64,000 nucleotides of DNA, taken from assembly GCA_028534125.1 (NCBI GenBank), contig CM052818.1, forward strand, positions 14,510,001 to 14,574,000. The letters run 5' to 3'. The translations under genes and the position numbers were made by a program. Source of the stretch: Lama glama (taxonomy: Eukaryota). The notes beneath the pieces are model-generated. The model made no database searches. It saw only the letters and a program-made list of their open reading frames with translations, and was not told the origin of the DNA. This document shows, piece after piece, positions 25,154 to 36,184 of this stretch (its first letter is position 1; every line of letters starts with the position of its first letter).

Positions 25154-25292
25154 GGCTACAGCCATTAATTCTCAGTAGACCAAGGGAAAACATGCAAACT
25201 TGGTTTGAATACCCTGGGTAACTGATAAAAAAGTTCCAGTGCCCATTTCTGTACCAAATTCTCTGGGGGTAGGACCCAGGTATCTGCATTTT

Positions 25293-25890
25293 CTAAAAAT
25301 TGAAGAATAGTCGGTTTACAATGTTGTATTAATTTCTGGTGTACAGCAGAGTGATTCAGTTACACACATATATATTCTTTTTCACTGTTGGCTATTACAA
25401 GATATTGAATATGCTTCCCTTTGTTACATAGTAGGACCTTAGTGTTTATCTATTTTATATATAGTATCTGAAAATCCTGAACTCCCAATTTATCCCTAAC
25501 CCTCCCCTTTCCCCAATGGTAACCATAAATTTTTTTCTATGTCTGTGAGTCTGTTTCTGTCTCGTAAATAAGTTTATTTGTGTCATTTTTTTTTGAGATT
25601 CCACATATAAATGATATCGTATGGTATTTTTCTTTCTCTTTCTGGCTCACCTCACTTACAATGATGACCTCCAGTTCCACTCATGTTGCTGCAAATGGCA
25701 TTGTTTTGTTCTTTTTTATGGCTGAGTAGTATTCCAGTGTGTGTGTGTATGTGTGTGTGTGTGATTATTTCCACATCTCGGCTATTGTAAATAGTGCTGC
25801 TATGAACACTGGGGTGCATGTATCTTTTCCAATTAGAGTTTCCTCCAGATATATGCCCAGGAGAGGGATTGCTGGGTCATAGCATAAGTC
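25293..25890 (-). mobile_element. L1 3' fragment (cetartiodactyl type) inserted in a MER5-like element (~25165-25955)
   Basis: tttctggtgtacagca, atccatgttgctgcaaatggcatt-like motif, ggctattgtaaatagtgctgctatgaac; 12-bp TSD tatctgcatttt at 25281-25292 and 25891-25902; internal (TG)n 25737-25763. Confidence 0.9.
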
Positions 25891-27325
25891 TATCTGCATT
25901 TTTTAAATCTCTTTGAATGATTCTAATGCACTGCCAAGATGGAGAATCACTTCTCTAAAAGGTGGAAATTTCTACCATTAACAGCCAATATTCATCCAAC
26001 CAGACTCATCCAACCAGACACCTCCAAGTACTAAGCCATTTAAACAATTAGCCAAATTTTCCACCCATCATGTCAATCAATTCTGTAACACTACGATACA
26101 ACACTATGACACAGCATAATGAACACTATCACAAGCCTGAGGAACAAACCATGTTCAAAGGCAATGGGCCACCAAAGGAAGCAGTGAGGAGTTAAGCAGA
26201 CAGCTCAGAAAGGGAAGCAGAAGGAGAGAGAAGAGTTTTTCAAAATAACTATCAGCATCCAAAGCCTGGCTAGCATGAGTCTTTACATATGAATAATTCA
26301 TTTTCTGGAAAGCCACCAGTTAACAACAAAATACACCTCAAAATCGAGTACTCACCAAACAAATCCAGCTCTAATTGGATTTTTTTCCCTCAGCTAATCT
26401 ACCCACACACAGTCTGTGCCTTACAGTAAGCTTTCACCACTGTGTATTTTTCTGCAAAGGATAACCTGAAATCTGTGCTTTTTCACTGGGTATGTTAAAC
26501 TTTTTAAAAGGCAGCAGTTAAAAAGGCAGCATTGGTCCAAAACCCGTTCACTCTGGCCCACCTCTCCAGCACGCACAATTGCAACCTTCACTTGCCATTA
26601 CGAATTTCACCAAGTGTATCATTAACCAGGTGAAGCTTTTTCTCCAAGACTTGGCTTAACAAACGCATCATACCCAGAGTGTAAAAAATGCAAACAGACA
26701 CTCAGGTTTCCACAGCCTCTAATCTTCCAATCAGCATTTCCCAAAGGCATGCAGTGCCCTTCAGGTTGAGTACGGACAGTTCCAATGCTGATGCAAAAAC
26801 TTCACCAGCATTTTCTAGGCAGAACTACTAAAAACGGGAAAAGTATCTGAAGGTCACTCATCATCACTGTAAAAGCTGTTGCCTCTATGCTGACAAGTGA
26901 AATATAAATGAGCCAGAATGAAATTCCCCCTCTTCCAAATTATTACTAAAGAAATTAAGTCACAAACTGAGAGCTCCCTGAGTTAGACAAGACTTCAGTA
27001 CGTCACCTTAACCAATGGACTCCACTCCAAGGAGAAAGAGCTGGCTTGAGTCCATCCAAACTCACAGCCAAGAAGCTCTCACAGAGCAAATGTAATCCCT
27101 GCTGCTGTGGCAAAGGAGGCTGAATGCCTTTTTACGTTGGCCTTATTGGGTACCCAGCAGCAGCTACTCAATAACAACTTTTCTCAACTGTCCATTCCAA
27201 GGGAGGGTGAAAAACAGACTTTTTGAAAGTTAACACAAAACCTACAATAGGAACTGCAATATACTTTTGTATATACATCTGAATGTGGGTTACAGTATTA
27301 CAAAGTCTCTTTTGACTATATAACT

Positions 27326-27469
27326 GAATTGCCAGATAAATACAGGATGCCAAGTTAAAGCTGAAATTCCAGATAAACAGTGAACTTTCACTAAAAGATG
27401 TGCTGTTTATCTGAAATTCAAATTTAACTGGGTATTCTGGTTTCTCTGTTTTCCTAAATCTGGCAACTA
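27326..27469. mobile_element. MER53-like palindromic hAT MITE
   Basis: ttgccagataaatacagga...atctggcaac ends; inner inverted repeat cagataaacag (27370-27380) / ctgtttatctg (27403-27413). Confidence 0.85.
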
Positions 27470-27934
27470 CTTATCAGTGCGCTGAGAAAACTTACTTGAG
27501 AGAGGCAAGGATGAGGTCTAGTTTCAGGACTCCCCACCCACTCAACAATCCAACCATCCCTGTATCACAAGGTCAGCTGTGAAAGCTGTGCTCTCTAGTG
27601 TGACTACTAATTAGCTACCACCTGATAAACAAGAACCCCAATGCCCAGCCTTCTCTGGACCACAGGTGTTAATTATATAATTCAGTGTCATGGATAGCTG
27701 ACCAAGTAAATTTTACTTTAAGAGCCTTTATCAGAGCAAAAATAAAGATACAGATAAAGCAAGTAATTGAGTCTGAGCAGGTACCCTAAATGGAAGAAGT
27801 CATTAGTAGATGCAAATCCATTCAATAAAACTAAAAGCAAAATTTGCTGTGGAGAAATAATATGAAGATAACAGAAAGTAAACTGACTATGTAAGTGGCT
27901 ATTATGTGAATTAAGCTTCCTGAGTAATATTTTT

Positions 27935-28290
27935 TACGTAGTTAACTCTGCTGAACACCTACTACGTGCCAAACAACATTCCGAGCACTTCACATGTTTT
28001 ACTGCACTTAACCTTCACCCCCTGAGTACTATCACCATGCCCATCCTATAACGTGAAGAAACTGAGACACGGAGATGAGGCAATCTGATAAAGCCGGGGG
28101 ACCGTATCACCTGATTTGCCTCAGACAGTCCCAGTTTATGCCTGTTGTCCTAGTACAATTTTATTAAAAGTGCCACTTTCACGCTCATGAATTACCCAGT
28201 TTGGATGATAAACCACTGTCAGTAACGAGCAGAGGCAGGGTTCCATTCAGAGAGTGCAGCTCCAGAAAGAGACGCCAACCACTGAAACAC
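27935..28290 (-). mobile_element. MIR interrupted by a MER94-like hAT-Blackjack element (~28095-28222)
   Basis: MIR: cacctactacgtgcca...gaagaaactgagacac; insert: gacagtcccagtttatgcctgttgtcc...cccagtttggatgataaa. Confidence 0.75.
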
Positions 28291-30604
28291 ACTCCCTCCC
28301 AAGCCCCACCTACCACGGCAGAGGATTCCAAAGGGAGATGGGATTAACCTTTATACTTTTACCCTCATACTCGCCAGACTTCCTGCATGGTTACAAATCA
28401 ATGTGGGCTGATGGGGGGGGTAGGTGAGGGTCATGTTTTTCAGAACCATCCTTTATCTCCCTTTAAATCATTGATAATACACAGTACAAATCATCTGTGA
28501 GCAGAGAGAATTCCTCAGTCAACCTATATCCACAACCCTGGGTCTGAAAAATTTTAAACTTAATCAACTTAGAGTAATGTTTAACTAGATCCTTTTCTAT
28601 TTTGGAATGACCTTCATCTTCCTTCAGCCTAGTCTGGGCAGCCAGGACACAGCTGTTTGCTATTTTTATTAAAACAAAGGTAGGCATGCTGTATGTGCTG
28701 GCTTTTAGTTCTATACACGAGCTTTCCTTCTTTCCCTAATAAAATAAATAAAAATTTTAAATGCTCTCCTTTAAAAAAAAAATCTTTGGTAACACACTAT
28801 CTATTTTCCCAATAAATATTTCCCCAATAAATGTTAATGATAGTTTCACAGCCTGAAGACAGAGAACATGAACATTAACTTGTAGGCTCACCTCATACAC
28901 ATAATTTGGAAATGCATCACAAGTGGTCCAAGCAAGCACAGGTGAGCCACCTTACAAGGTTCAGCACAAGGAAATGGTCATGAGACGGCGTGTTTCCACG
29001 TACCTGCAAATGCTTCAGAATAAGTGTTGCCAACTTCATGTGGTAACTTCAGCCCTTCACAGTCAAAGCTGTGTGACTCCACCTGGTCCTTCTGATCTTA
29101 TCTGCTCCTTATACAATGGAGTGGATGGACTGAGGTCTACAGGGTCCCAATCAGCTCTCAAATTTCTCACTCTACATATTCCCTCCAGTCTTCCTGCCAT
29201 GCCCTGCAGCCTACAATGTGAAAAGTCTGCTCCACCACACACCCTCCTAACATCAGGCTGTTTAGCCGACTGGTCCACAGAGGTGGTCCATGAGGGGACA
29301 GCACCAGAGATCCCCAAAGGCAAAGAAATCGACATTCCTCTCTCAATAGCAGACCTACTCCAAGGCTACCTTTGCTGAAAACCAACACAAGCATCTGAGG
29401 TCATCAAACACCTGAAAGACCTTGGACAGACAATGGTCCTATGACCTGGCCTGGAAGCTGCCCTGTGCTCAAGACAGATGTTCTCATGTCTGACATATTC
29501 CTGAATATACTGAGTTTGATTCCTGTCAGCGCCAGGCCACGTGAAAAATGTTTTTTTAACATTTATTTCTGTGATGGGTCATGAATGCTTTTTTTCTACA
29601 ATGACACTAAAATCAACAAAAAGGATAAAACTGGGAACCATGGCTCTGAAGATTTTTTCCTGACTCAGATTCTTACCAGTCACCTTCAAAAGGCATGTTT
29701 ACCACTGGTCAGGTCCTGATTATAACAGCAGGGGGAAAGGGCGGGATGGGGGCTGCTGAGTTAACCAATAGATTTAAAAGCGTGTTTCCTGTCACGTAAC
29801 AGCGATGACCTTTCACATCTCTTCACTCACAGAGGAAAAAAACAGACAAAATACAAAATGAAAACTGAATTCTTGGCCTGGATTTCACATGATTTCTCAC
29901 AGAAACTGAATTCATCACATAAAAAAAAAAAGCCATAACTTGGAGGTCTGGGGAGTTACTCATGCACAGTTATGAAACAGAAGGAGCACCTTCTCACCTA
30001 AAGTTTTAGTGCATGAAGTTTACAGCCACATTTAAGTGAAAACTTCCATATTGAGATTTGTTACACATGCAGGCATAAAAATCCCTGGCAACAAACATCA
30101 CGTTTAAATCCAAAGCCTCCTGGTAGAGAAATAAGTTCTTGAAAAAAGTTGTCCCTCTGCTTCTTATCAAAGCCCTCATTTTCAGTAAATGTTGAAACTT
30201 CTAGAAAATTTGTCATGGAAAGTCAGAGAGAACCAAGAAAAACGCTGCAAGCAATAAACAAAAAGGTGTGTGTGTTTGGGCCACCTGTTCAAACCAATTT
30301 AATCTTTTATAACCACTCAGAGTGTGGTCACGGTTTGTTTACCTTTCCCTTTCCAATGGTAAGATTAGAACACAAAAGCTACTAAATGAAGACAAAAACC
30401 AATGGATTCAACACAGGCATGAAACCAATAATGACTAAACTTTTAAAACAACACTGCCTGCAATGTGATTCGTAATAGCAGAAACCAGACCCTTCAAATA
30501 ATCAACACTTCGAGCAAACGATAAAAACAAAGCTTCTTCCCAGCATATGTAATCATTAAAACGCAATCTTAATAGTTCTGCTTTGTACGAGAACAGACTG
30601 GACT

Positions 30605-30880
30605 AGGGCATCTCAAAGCATATCCTATGAAACCCTGGCCTAAGAGAGACTATGGAAAAACAAAACAAAACAAAACAAGAATTTCAAAGTCAGGTAAGTT
30701 TGGGAACAACACTTACCACTCTCTCCCTACAATGCCTGTTGGCTTACAAAGTCTCTGAGAAGTCCTTCTCTAAAGAAATCTATTACATTTTACTTCGCCT
30801 AGCATTCTCTTTTTAAAAAAGACATGTTAACATACTGTGAAACTAGCACTTCAAAAACTTGGTAAGAAATGCCAGGTTAG
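30605..30880. mobile_element. Degenerate hAT-Charlie fossil
   Basis: gtcaggtaagtttgggaa, ctctgagaagtcct...taaagaaa; subfamily uncertain. Confidence 0.5.
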
Positions 30881-30929
30881 ACCATATTACCTACACCATT
30901 ATCTACGTTCCGTCAGAAACTTCTAACGC

Positions 30930-31200
30930 TCACACATACCCAGTCTCTCCTCTTTCCCATTACATGAGTAGAATATACCTGCCTGTTCCCCTGCAGTTGG
31001 GCAAGATCACATGACTAGTTTTGGCCATTGACTTATATGACCCATCAGCCAGAGTTCCTGAGGGTGAAAAACACGGGGAAGAGCCCCCTGCCACCCTTGG
31101 ATGGACATAAAACATGAATGAAGAATGCATTTCTGTGGGTTTAAGTCACTGAGATGTTGGAGATTTTGTTATTGCAGCACCAGCCTAACCTGCCTGATAT
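30930..31200 (+). mobile_element. MaLR LTR (MLT1 family)
   Basis: catgactagttttggcca, gaagagcccc, tttaagtcactgagat...ttgttattgcagca...cctaacct. Confidence 0.7.
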
Positions 31201-31334
31201 GCCACAGAGGGTAATTTTCCTAAATAAATCAGTATAAATTGAATGAAGTGACAAAATAGATATAGAGAAAGAAATATCTGAAGGATGGGGAGGTAGACAG
31301 GAGAATAAGTGTACAATAAGAATGCGTCTTTTAA

Positions 31335-31536
31335 ATTACTAATTTAAGCCACTATATATATAAATAGATTTTTTTAAGTTTCTGCTGTATAGCACCGGGA
31401 ACTATGTTCAATATCTTGCGATAACTAATGAAAAAGAACATGAAAATGAATATATGTATGTATATGCATGACTGGGACATTGTGCTCTACACCAGAAATT
31501 GACACATTGACTGTACTTCAATTAAAAAAAAAAAAA
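31335..31536 (+). mobile_element. Young-type L1 3' end with poly(A)
   Basis: ctgtatagcaccgggaactat...caatatcttg...atgactgggacattgtgctctacaccagaaattgacac...tacttcaatt-A13. Confidence 0.85.
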
Positions 31537-32159
31537 GACAAGCTAGATATACTATAAGGCCAAAAAAAAAAAAAGCATCTTTAAGAAGGCCACTTTGGTC
31601 TACAGAATCTTAAAGCAAGCACTAAAGATCAGAGAGCTAAAAATAAACACCATGGTATGGACTAATGTGAACTGGCCAAGTTCAATTTGCAGTTTAGTTT
31701 GTTGGCAAGGGTGGGCAGTGAGGGTAGTAACATTACTTACCAGGTGCCTATAATGTGCTAGACCCTAAGAAACAAAGTGTACAGACTGCTGCACTAAATC
31801 TTGACCCTGTGATAGCTGGTAGGTGGTAACTGCTGGCATCACGTCCCTTTCACATAAAAAAACCAAAACTCCTTAGATATTTTGTCTAAGGTCATATCAC
31901 TAATACATGGCATTCATATAACTATATCCTATATTGTCTATGTGTCTATATTCTCCTTATTACACCATTAGTCTGAATTAGTAGAAACACTTAAATTATG
32001 AAATTAAGAAAAATACATTTTGGAGTGTCATCACTCTAAGGTACTTTGTAACAATGTGAAAGTATTGGAGAATCGAAAGGAGGGAAACTGGCCAAATGGA
32101 AGACTTTGAGCTTTTAAGGAATAAACAGGATGTTCTTACAATCAACATACTATTTGCTT

Positions 32160-32760
32160 GCAAGGCATAAACTTTTTTTGAAAAGTGCATGTTATTTTTT
32201 CAAATTATAAAAGCAAGACATACTTGATGTAGAACCCAAGAAAACACAGAAAAGCACTGAGACAAAAACAAAAATCACAAGTAATTCTACCACTCTCCCC
32301 CCAAAACTAATATTTGGGATATTTTCTTTGTATCTCTTTTTCTTTGTTTTTCTACATAGTGGAGATAATACCACTTATAATCCTGTGTTCTGCTTTCTTC
32401 TATTAAAATTTTTTCTATGTTATTAGAAGGTTTTCAACAATATTTTATCAGTATAATAATAACTAATAGTTGTATATTTGCCAGGTATTAGACTAATCAC
32501 TCATATTAACATATTTAATCCTCACAATCACTCTTTAAGGTCTGTACTATAATTGTCCCCATCTTACAGATGAGGAAACTGAGATAGAGTAGGGTTAATG
32601 ACTTGCCCAGGGTCACAAAGGGAATCCATGGTGGAGTCGAGATTTAGACCCAGGCATAACCACTATCTTGTACTGCCTCCATAATATTCCTTCCTCTAAC
32701 TCACTGACGACAGACATTTGGGCTACTACCAATTTTTTTTCTATTATAATAATGTTATAG
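32160..32760 (-). mobile_element. Old L1ME-like fragment with an inserted MIR (~32455-32680)
   Basis: MIR core atttaatcctcacaa...cccatcttacagatgaggaaactgag...gacttgcccagggtcaca; flanks degenerate L1ME-like. Confidence 0.65.
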
Positions 32761-34058
32761 ACATCTTTACAGGCACCTGAAGCAATATTTTCTATAAGCC
32801 TATTCAGACAGCAACTCTTACCATTTCAACAAGTTCAAATTATTTTCAGCTAGCTGACAACAGCTGTAGAAACATCTAAGACAGCCAGCATTTCATGAAC
32901 CAACTCATTACTCCACCTATTCCTGGTATGAACTTCCATGTGGTCCTCACCTGTCCACCCCACTGCCATCTGCAGCAGATTTCTGTAATGTTCCCATCTG
33001 CCTTCATACGGCACAAAGAGCCAATTAAAACCCTGGGTTGTTTTGTGTGTCCTCCAATATATATAAGCAAATTCCATAAATTTTTATGTCTGGAATATTT
33101 TAAATGCTAACCTTATTTGTTCCTAGTCTTATGAGCTTGTCCTAACACAAGGCACGCACATGTAATATGCATGTATAAAATTAAAATAAATCATCTTCTA
33201 ACTAAGATAATAACCTGAAAAGGAATATTCAGATAGTTTCTTTTTGCCAGCTTTTCACTGCTTAGACTGAATGCCTGAATTCTCTTGCAAGATTAAAGGA
33301 ATGGTCTAAGGTGAAAGCTACCCAAAATAGTTTCACAAGAAGATCAGATAATGGTGTTTGAAGTAAAAAGGGAACTGGTTTGTGGCTCTGGCCCACAGTT
33401 CACCCCTTCTGAGCTCAACTTACCAATATGGCTATCCAAGAGTATGTTTTTAAAAACAGGGAATGTGTAAAACAAAAGAAGGGAAAGGCAGAAACATAAT
33501 TTAAAAAATTGAGAAATCATAAAGAAATTTCCCAATATGTCAACAATACCACATAGAGAATTCATCTGCCATTTAAGAATGAAAAAGACCAGTATTTCTG
33601 AGAAGCTAAGTATCTCCACATTTTCCATGAAATATTTTTCCATGTTGTAAAAACACAAAATGTTTTTTACAGATTCTGAAAACATACCTAGAAAAATAAG
33701 CTCAACTCTATTGACCAAAAGCCTAATAATTATAAACTATAAATCTCTGTATAAGGCACTTACATAGAGCCAGAAATAATGTTTCTGCACAAGGAGAGGA
33801 CCTCTGAAATATATGTAGGATAATGAAAGTGGCAAAACAAAATTCAAAATATTATAAATCTGAAGAGAGCAATATAAAAGAAGCCAAGTCATTTGAGGGG
33901 TACTCTAAAAAGCTTTAAAACTATTGCAATCAGTCTAAGTCCAAACTTCTAATGGACTTTGACTTAGAGGATAATTAAGATATCTGTTAATACCGTCTTT
34001 CAGAAAATTCTTAATTGGAAAGGGTTTGTATTTAAGCCCTTCAAGATAAAGTTCACTC

Positions 34059-34131
34059 ATTGTGTTCATATTATATTCAACATCTAAATCCTCTGTCCTT
34101 ATTTTATTTCCACTCAATACTCCAAATACTG
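34059..34131 (+). repeat. 73-bp direct repeat, copy 1
   Basis: 69/73 identical to 36112-36184 by manual alignment. Confidence 0.95.
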
Positions 34132-35127
34132 CATTTTTAAAAACCTCACCTTCACAGCACCCAAACTAACAGGTTGCGTGGATTATCCCTGCAGGCAGCC
34201 CCCTCCAACCCAGCAAACTTCGACCCTCCACAGATGCTGCTCATGTTACCCTCAGGCTCCGACCTGCACAGGAGCCTTCCTGAAGAGTATACACGCCCAC
34301 TTCACCTTATTTTTATCATGCTGACTTAAAAAAAAAAAATCTTTCAATTCAAAAAAAATTTTTGAGAGACCACAGTTAGAAATTAAATCAACCACACATA
34401 AGAATCAAGTACTGCACACAAATGGCCAATGAACTTATTAATACGAAGTCAGAAAGTGAATCATCAAAGGGAAAAATAACATTCTGCAGGACAATAACCA
34501 ACACCTTTCCCTCTGCTTCTACAATGATTCAGTGTCCAAGCATCAATAATTCATATTCACATGACTATCAGACATACAAAATACAGGACTTGTTTGTTTA
34601 AACCTTCAGGGCCCAAATTTTCCTTCGGACCACAAAGACTGCGTATTTGGCAGGGAGTGGAGTAGGTGGGGCAGGGGAACCTCCGCGTCAAGTTTGCGAG
34701 AATGCGTTACTCAGTCCAGGTAAAAGTATACGAGGTGCGTTATACAAGGTGCGTTGTTACACAGAACGATTTTCCTACATACAGTCGCAAGATTTAAGAT
34801 TACTGGAACAAAAAGATAAATAAATATAAATAAAGCTTGCTAAACTAAAGAGCAAAGCCACCACTTTTTTGCTCAAGTGAAATGACAAGTTTCAAGATAT
34901 TTTGTTAAACTGTAGCTATTTTAAGGCAGGACGGGCTGCATCGGTGCTTGTCACACAGCTTGCTCCCAATCTCTCGGCAGCTCTCCAACACATTCCAACT
35001 TTTTATGCACAGCCTTGCTGGAATCTCACCCCACTTATCTCTAAAGACACACTAAGTAAGATGTTGCCACATTACTCAACCAACCTGCCATTTATTCCCA
35101 TCAGTTCACTTTGCACTATGTCTGAGT

Positions 35128-35150
35128 AAAAAAAAAAAAAAAAAAAAAAA
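35128..35150. repeat. A23 homopolymer
   Basis: Direct count. Confidence 0.95.
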
Positions 35151-36111
35151 TCAGACCACCATCTGCGCAGATGCAGCTTAGTCCAAATGACCCAGTTCAC
35201 ATGGGTCCCCAAAACAAGTATTAGCATCCTGCTCGAACGAACTGGGAGGAAAAGCTGTGTCTCAGTACCCAGAGAAAGGCTGATTACTCACCAACCAAGG
35301 AAGGAGAACTGACGTGAAGAGAAAAAAGCAAGATCAAATCCTGACTACAGAGGCTAGACCCTAGTTGTGCCCCTACTGCCTACATTCTGAAGCAGATTAT
35401 TAATCAGGGTGTATTTTAAAGGTTAATCTCAGTATTTAATGAGGCCCATTACCTCCATGAAAAGAATGATTTAACATAGCATTAAATCCTCTGAGTCAGT
35501 GTACACTCTAATTGTTAATATTTGGCAAAAAAAAAAAAATCCTCTTCAAAAACAAACTGGATGGTTAACCACATGCTGCTACATTACATTCTTGCTAAAA
35601 AAAATATATATATATATACACACATGTGTAAAATTAGCACATTTGAGCCTCATGCTTGCACAGCTGCACAACATTCTAATGATAGGCTAGCTATCAATAT
35701 ACTCTTTACATTAAACATCTACTTACTTACTTTAAAAGTAGGGGAGGCTAAGAAGCAGTTCTCAAGTATGACCCACTAAAGATATATTTATTTCATGTGA
35801 ACAAGTTTCCCTTTAACAAGGGTGTAGTCCAAAGGAAATATATACTATAATTAAGAATAAAATATTCATGCAAATATACACTAACAAAACCATTCTTCAG
35901 AGCTGGAAAAAAAAACATATATACATAATTCAACTGACAGGTAAGAATAGTCTTCCTCAGGAACAAGGCAATAAATTAGCCTGCTCTCTAAACTTGCACC
36001 CTTTCTGAATCAAAGGAGATTTTTAGAACTAATATGAAAGCTGATGTTCTTAATGTTAGGAATACACACTTGAAAAGCAAAACAAGCCTTTCAAAATGAG
36101 GCATCACCCTG

Positions 36112-36184
36112 ATTGTGTTCATATTATATTTAACATCTAAATCCTCTGTCCTTATTTTATTTCCACTTAATATTTCAAATACTG
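36112..36184 (+). repeat. 73-bp direct repeat, copy 2
   Basis: 69/73 identical to 34059-34131 by manual alignment. Confidence 0.95.

Noticed and set aside
15802..29378. 164-aa ORF (15802-16296) and 151-aa ORF (28923-29378) as hidden genes
   Set aside because: Both overlap repeat fragments (MER2/L1, MIR), are antisense within the intron, and show no protein-family signature.
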